Source: Lentisphaeria bacterium
GTDB taxonomy: Bacteria > Verrucomicrobiota > Lentisphaeria > JABSQK01 > JAWLHB01
DNA length: 64,000 bases
Reading direction: 5' to 3'
Assembly: GCA_041690595.1 (NCBI GenBank)
Contig: JAWLHB010000014.1
Span: 1-64,000 of the forward strand
Both the position numbers and the translations under genes were made by a program. Positions 59,990 through 64,000 of the stretch are shown piece by piece. The notes under the pieces were generated by a model. That model did no database searches. It was not told the origin of the DNA and saw only the letters and a list, made by a program, of their open reading frames with translations. How positions within the stretch are numbered: position 1 is the first letter of the stretch; the number at the start of each line of letters is the position of its first letter.

Positions 59990-60982
59990 ATGATTCGTTG
60001 GATCAGACAGTACCTTGCCATCACGCGGAACGCCTTTGTCGTCTGCCTCAGCGATCCGGTCTACCTGGTCCTGCTCTTGAGCACGCTCGTGCTCATGGCC
60101 TTTTTTGCCAGCCTACCCAGCTACAACTTCGGAGACGAGCTGCGGCTGGTGCGGGATCAGAGCCTGGCGCTGATCTTCGCGGGGGGCTGCGTGGTGGGTG
60201 TCATCGGGGTGGCGACGGTCATCATTCGGGATCTGCGACAAGGCACCATCTCGGTCTTGATGAGCCGGCCTGTTTCCGGGATGAGTTTTGTCTTCGGCAA
60301 ATGGACGGGCATCGCCGGCGGACTGCTGCTCTATCACGTGACGCTGACTGTTGCGGCGTTGTGGGCGACACGCATCATCAGCGGGGGGCACGATCAGGAG
60401 TTGGATGGCGTCGCGCTCGGAATCTATGCGGGGGCCATTCTGCTGGCGCTTGGGGCAGTGGCGCTGAAGCATTGGTTTTCGGGCGGCTGGTATGTGTGGC
60501 AGGCGTCGCTGGCGGTCTGCGCGGGCTTTTTCATCGGCTTCCTGATCGTCAACTTCATCGGCGAGCATGGTCTTCAGCCTTTCGGTCGCAATGTGGACTG
60601 GGCGATGCTGCAGGGATGTCTGTTGCTGCTGATGGCGGAGTTGATCTTCGCGGGCCTGCTGATGCCCTTTGCCGTGCGGCTGGACATGGTGACGGTGATG
60701 GCGATCGGCATTGCGTGCTTTTTTCTGGGCCTCCTTTCGCCGTTTGCGCTGCAGTTGATTTTCGGCGGCGGCACCTTGAATGCCATCTTCAGTGGGTTGG
60801 TGCCCAACTGGCAGGCGTTCTGGATCGCCGATCTGCTGGCGGAGCGGGAAGGAGAGTTGGTGCTGACCGCCGGCTTCGTGCTGTCGGCTCTGGTGCATAC
60901 TTTGGTCTATGCGGGTGCCTGCCTGCTGGTGGCCACGCTGCTGTTCAACCGTCGGGAGTTTTCGTCCGATGATACCCTCTAA
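59990..60982 (+). CDS. ABC-2-type exporter permease-like membrane protein
   Basis: AITRNAF, GTISVLMSRPVS..FVFGKWTG and LFNRREF motifs; polytopic. Confidence 0.75.
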   Translation: MIRWIRQYLAITRNAFVVCLSDPVYLVLLLSTLVLMAFFASLPSYNFGDELRLVRDQSLALIFAGGCVVGVIGVATVIIRDLRQGTISVLMSRPVSGMSFVFGKWTGIAGGLLLYHVTLTVAALWATRIISGGHDQELDGVALGIYAGAILLALGAVALKHWFSGGWYVWQASLAVCAGFFIGFLIVNFIGEHGLQPFGRNVDWAMLQGCLLLLMAELIFAGLLMPFAVRLDMVTVMAIGIACFFLGLLSPFALQLIFGGGTLNAIFSGLVPNWQAFWIADLLAEREGELVLTAGFVLSALVHTLVYAGACLLVATLLFNRREFSSDDTL

Positions 60983-62858
60983 ATCCAGTTCACGGCTCGC
61001 TTGGATCGCCGGCATTCTGCTGGCGGCGGTGGTTCCGCTCGGCTATGCGGTCGGCACCGGCAGCGGCACGACGCCACCGCTGGCGATTGCCATGCTTGCC
61101 GCTGTGGCGGCGGCGATCGCGGCGATCAGCGCGGTGCACGCGAGCCTGCTGAGGATGGCCGCGGAAGAGGCCCGCGACATCGCCAGCCGTCCCGATGATC
61201 CCACCGCCCTGTTCCGGCAGGAAGAGGTGGCGGATCGCCAGGTGAAGGGGCGGAATCTGCGGCAGTTCGAACGCTGGTTTCTCCCGGTGCTGACCGGGCT
61301 GCTGGCGCTGGGTGAGGCCGTACTGGGAATCGTGGCCTATCGGCTGGCAGGTGCCGAACGGCAGATCGTGGGGAACCAACTGGTGCTGGCGGCAGTGCTG
61401 CTCTTTGTCGCCGGGGTGGTCCTTTATCTTTTTGGCAGTTACCTCGCGGGGCTGGCCTTCAGCGAGGAAGCGCCGGAGCTGCGGGCGACCGCCGGGGAGA
61501 CGGTGGGTCTGGCCTACTTGTGCGGCCTCGGCGGCGCGGCCGAAGTGGTGATGATGAGCGACTTCACCGCCATCGGCCAGTGGGTCACCCGCTTCATGGC
61601 CATTCTCCTCATGCTGCGAGCCATCGAGAAGGTCGCCAACATCTTTCTGGAGATCTATCGTCCGCGCCAGCGGCGCAGCGCGGGGTATCCGCACGAGAGT
61701 CGGATCAGCGGTCTGGTGGCGCAGCCGCGGAGCATGCTGGCGAACCTGGCGGACACGCTCAACTACCAGTTTGGCCTGCAACTGACGGAGGCGCGCATGC
61801 GTCGCCTGGGGTGGCAGATTCTACCTTTCCTGGCGTTGCAGGGCTTCATCCTGCTGGCCTTCTCCTGCCTGCTGATCGTGAACCCGGGCGAAGAGGCGCT
61901 GATCGAGCGACTGGGGCGTCCCCTTGCCGGGGAACCGCTCGGCCCCGGCCTGCATGGCAAACTGCCCTGGCCGATCGACCGCGTCTTTCGCGTCGACGTG
62001 GAGACGACACGCAGCCTGACCTTCGGTACCCCGGTGCCGCTCGACGAGGAGGTGGGGACGGTGCTCTGGGCCAATTCCCAGGCCACGCCAACCGAGCTGC
62101 TGGTGGTGGCGAATCGCCGCGAGCCGGGGCGCGCCGTGGAGAACGGCAACGAGCCGCCGGCAACTCGCGAATCGACGAGCTTCAACCTGCTCGGGGTGAG
62201 CGTGGTGGTGCGCTATCGGGTGGCGGATGTGCGGCAGTTTGTGTATGCGGCGGTGGATGCGCGCGAGATCCTCATGCGACTCTGCCGTGAACAGGTGGCG
62301 GGCTATCTTGCCGGTCACGATCTGCTCTCCAGCCTGGAGCAGGGGCTGTCGGAGGAGGGTGCCGAGGCTGTCCGCATGCAGGTGAATCAGCAGCTGACGG
62401 AGGCGATAGCGGGGGCGGCGAGCAGGATCGGGCTGGGGGTGGAGATTGTCACCGTGGGCCTCATCTATGTGCAGCCGCCGCCGCCGGTGGCCGAAGCGTT
62501 CCAGACGATCATCGCCGCGGGAGAAGAGCGGACCCGGATGATTCTGGAGGCGCGCACGAATGCATTGCAAACCAGCACGAGCGCCCAGAGCGAGGCGCTG
62601 CGCATCACCAACGAAGCACTGGGCTATGCCGTCTTGCGCACCGCCTTGTCGGACGCGGACCAGCAGAGCTTTCTCGATCGGCTGGCAATCTATCGGCGTT
62701 ACCCGGAGATCTACGAGGCGCGCGAGTACTTTTTTGCCTTGAAGAGCGCGCTCGCCGGCCGCAACAAGATCATCGTGGCAACCAAGACCGGCAGAAAGGT
62801 CATGACCCTCGACCTGAAGAAGCAAGCCGGATCGCAACTCTTCGATATCCAACCCTGA
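60969..62858 (+). CDS. HflK-like SPFH protein with a large N-terminal multi-TM extension
   Basis: Several TM helices, then VNPGEEALIERLG..GPGLHGKLPWPIDRV, VQPPPPVAEAF and a coiled coil. Confidence 0.8.
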   Translation: MIPSKSSSRLAWIAGILLAAVVPLGYAVGTGSGTTPPLAIAMLAAVAAAIAAISAVHASLLRMAAEEARDIASRPDDPTALFRQEEVADRQVKGRNLRQFERWFLPVLTGLLALGEAVLGIVAYRLAGAERQIVGNQLVLAAVLLFVAGVVLYLFGSYLAGLAFSEEAPELRATAGETVGLAYLCGLGGAAEVVMMSDFTAIGQWVTRFMAILLMLRAIEKVANIFLEIYRPRQRRSAGYPHESRISGLVAQPRSMLANLADTLNYQFGLQLTEARMRRLGWQILPFLALQGFILLAFSCLLIVNPGEEALIERLGRPLAGEPLGPGLHGKLPWPIDRVFRVDVETTRSLTFGTPVPLDEEVGTVLWANSQATPTELLVVANRREPGRAVENGNEPPATRESTSFNLLGVSVVVRYRVADVRQFVYAAVDAREILMRLCREQVAGYLAGHDLLSSLEQGLSEEGAEAVRMQVNQQLTEAIAGAASRIGLGVEIVTVGLIYVQPPPPVAEAFQTIIAAGEERTRMILEARTNALQTSTSAQSEALRITNEALGYAVLRTALSDADQQSFLDRLAIYRRYPEIYEAREYFFALKSALAGRNKIIVATKTGRKVMTLDLKKQAGSQLFDIQP

Positions 62859-62871
62859 CCGAGGCTCCCGC

Positions 62872-63795
62872 ATGAGCGACACCATCGAAACTCCTCGCCG
62901 CTCCATCTGGCCGTTGCTGACGATCATCGTCTTTGCCATTGTCCTGATTCTTCCCTTGTGCACTTTTCAGGTGCGGAATCGGCAAGTGGCCATCATCACC
63001 ACCTTCGGCAAGCGCGGCGAGAGCCTGATTCAGCCGGGGCTGCACTGGAAGCTGCCGTGGCCGATCCAGCGGGTTCACACCTTCGACCAGCGGCTGCGCC
63101 TGCTCTCCACTCGTTACGCGCAGAACTACACTGCGGACCAGAACACCCTGGTGCTGACCTTTCTGGCCGCCTGGCGCATCGAGTCGCCCAACCAGTTCCT
63201 CGTCAGCGTCGGCAATGCCGCCGACGCGGAGCGCGCGCTTTCGGACCTGATCAGCACGGAGAAGAATGTGGTGATCGGCAGTCATCCGGTGAGCCACCTG
63301 GTGTCGACGGATCCAGCGGAGTTCCGCTTCAGTCAGATCGAAGATGAGATCCACCAGCGGGTGGCGCCGCAGGCGCTGGAGAAGTACGGCATTGCTCTGG
63401 ACTACCTTGGCATCGAGCAGCTGGGGCTTCCGGAAGCGATCACGGCGGATGTCTTCCGGCGCATGCAGACCGAGCGCGAGAACCGGGCGGCGGAGATCCG
63501 GCAGGGCGGGCAGGTGGAAGCGGACCGCATCCGCTATGAGGCAGAAGCGGAGCGGGATCGGCTGCTGGCCGGCGCCCGCGCTCAGGCCAAGCTGACCCGC
63601 AGTCAGGCCGACACGCGGGCCGCCGAGGCTTACGAGATCTTTCAGCAGAACAGCGACTTCCACCTTTTCCTGCAGAAGCTGGAGGCTCTCGAACAGACTG
63701 TCGGCGAGGATGACACCATCATTCTTGACCGCGACGTGGCTCCCTACGACCTCCTGCAACCCCTGCCGGGCGGTGCCGCCCAGCCGCGGGAGTGA
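62872..63795 (+). CDS. hflC: HflC-like SPFH protein
   Basis: TTFGK..PGLHWKLPWPIQRV..FDQRL, VFRRMQTERE and FLQKLEAL motifs. Confidence 0.8.
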   Translation: MSDTIETPRRSIWPLLTIIVFAIVLILPLCTFQVRNRQVAIITTFGKRGESLIQPGLHWKLPWPIQRVHTFDQRLRLLSTRYAQNYTADQNTLVLTFLAAWRIESPNQFLVSVGNAADAERALSDLISTEKNVVIGSHPVSHLVSTDPAEFRFSQIEDEIHQRVAPQALEKYGIALDYLGIEQLGLPEAITADVFRRMQTERENRAAEIRQGGQVEADRIRYEAEAERDRLLAGARAQAKLTRSQADTRAAEAYEIFQQNSDFHLFLQKLEALEQTVGEDDTIILDRDVAPYDLLQPLPGGAAQPRE

Positions 63796-63862
63796 GTTAG
63801 CATTCGATGACCTTTTGGGTGTAGCTTGGACGTAAAGCCAATGCCCTACCCGGAGGTCCGTC

Positions 63863-64000
63863 ATGGCACGCAATGTCGCCCAGAAACTGATTGCCGATCA
63901 TCTCATTGACGGCACGATGACGCCTGGCCACGAGATCGCCCTGCGTATCGATCAAACCCTTACCCAGGATGCAACCGGCACGCTGGTCATGCTCGAACTG
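63863..64000 (+). CDS. Aconitate hydratase family protein, 5' end (runs off the window)
   Basis: MARNVAQKLIADHLIDGTMTPGHEIALRIDQTLTQDATGTLVMLEL; GGAGG RBS. Not in the supplied ORF track. Confidence 0.85.
   Translation, partial: MARNVAQKLIADHLIDGTMTPGHEIALRIDQTLTQDATGTLVMLEL

Noticed and set aside
59311..60972. 553-aa ORF and other ORFs over the repeat arrays
   Set aside because: Translations of repeats plus an out-of-frame overlap with the permease.

Overview
High-GC bacterial chromosomal window. Gene content and repeat style tentatively suggest a PVC-superphylum or similar anaerobe; this is not provable from the window. Left to right: (1) an orphan phage terminase-small-subunit-like gene; (2) a 2467-aa secreted beta-helix/Ig/Calx-beta surface protein; (3) an AT-richer patch of small membrane ORFs; (4) a minus-strand catabolic set in two halves (two glycoside-hydrolase-like proteins, two non-canonical M24 proteins, a CE4 deacetylase, a LacI regulator), separated by a plus-strand flagellar block (fliOPQR-flhBAFG-orf-fliA-orf-rpoN-csrA); (5) gltBD, a glycerophosphodiesterase and an App1-like phosphatase; (6) a tandemly duplicated CheB/CheR + PAS-GAF hybrid kinase module; (7) aspS, a Fe3+/thiamine-class ABC pair and a metallophosphoesterase; (8) an ABC-2-like permease, HflK/HflC-like genes and the start of an aconitase. 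Intergenic DNA is packed with mosaics of at least seven REP-like hairpin families. The most interesting signals are PAS-cassette exchange at DITERK-coding repeats, a deletion-collapsed cheBR that stays in frame, a split regulon with a shared TWTAAC-N9-GTTAWA site and an AT-hook LacI, rewired M24 active sites, and composite repeat elements that amplify their own modules and invade ORFs. All family calls come from motif recognition by eye; no database searches were run.
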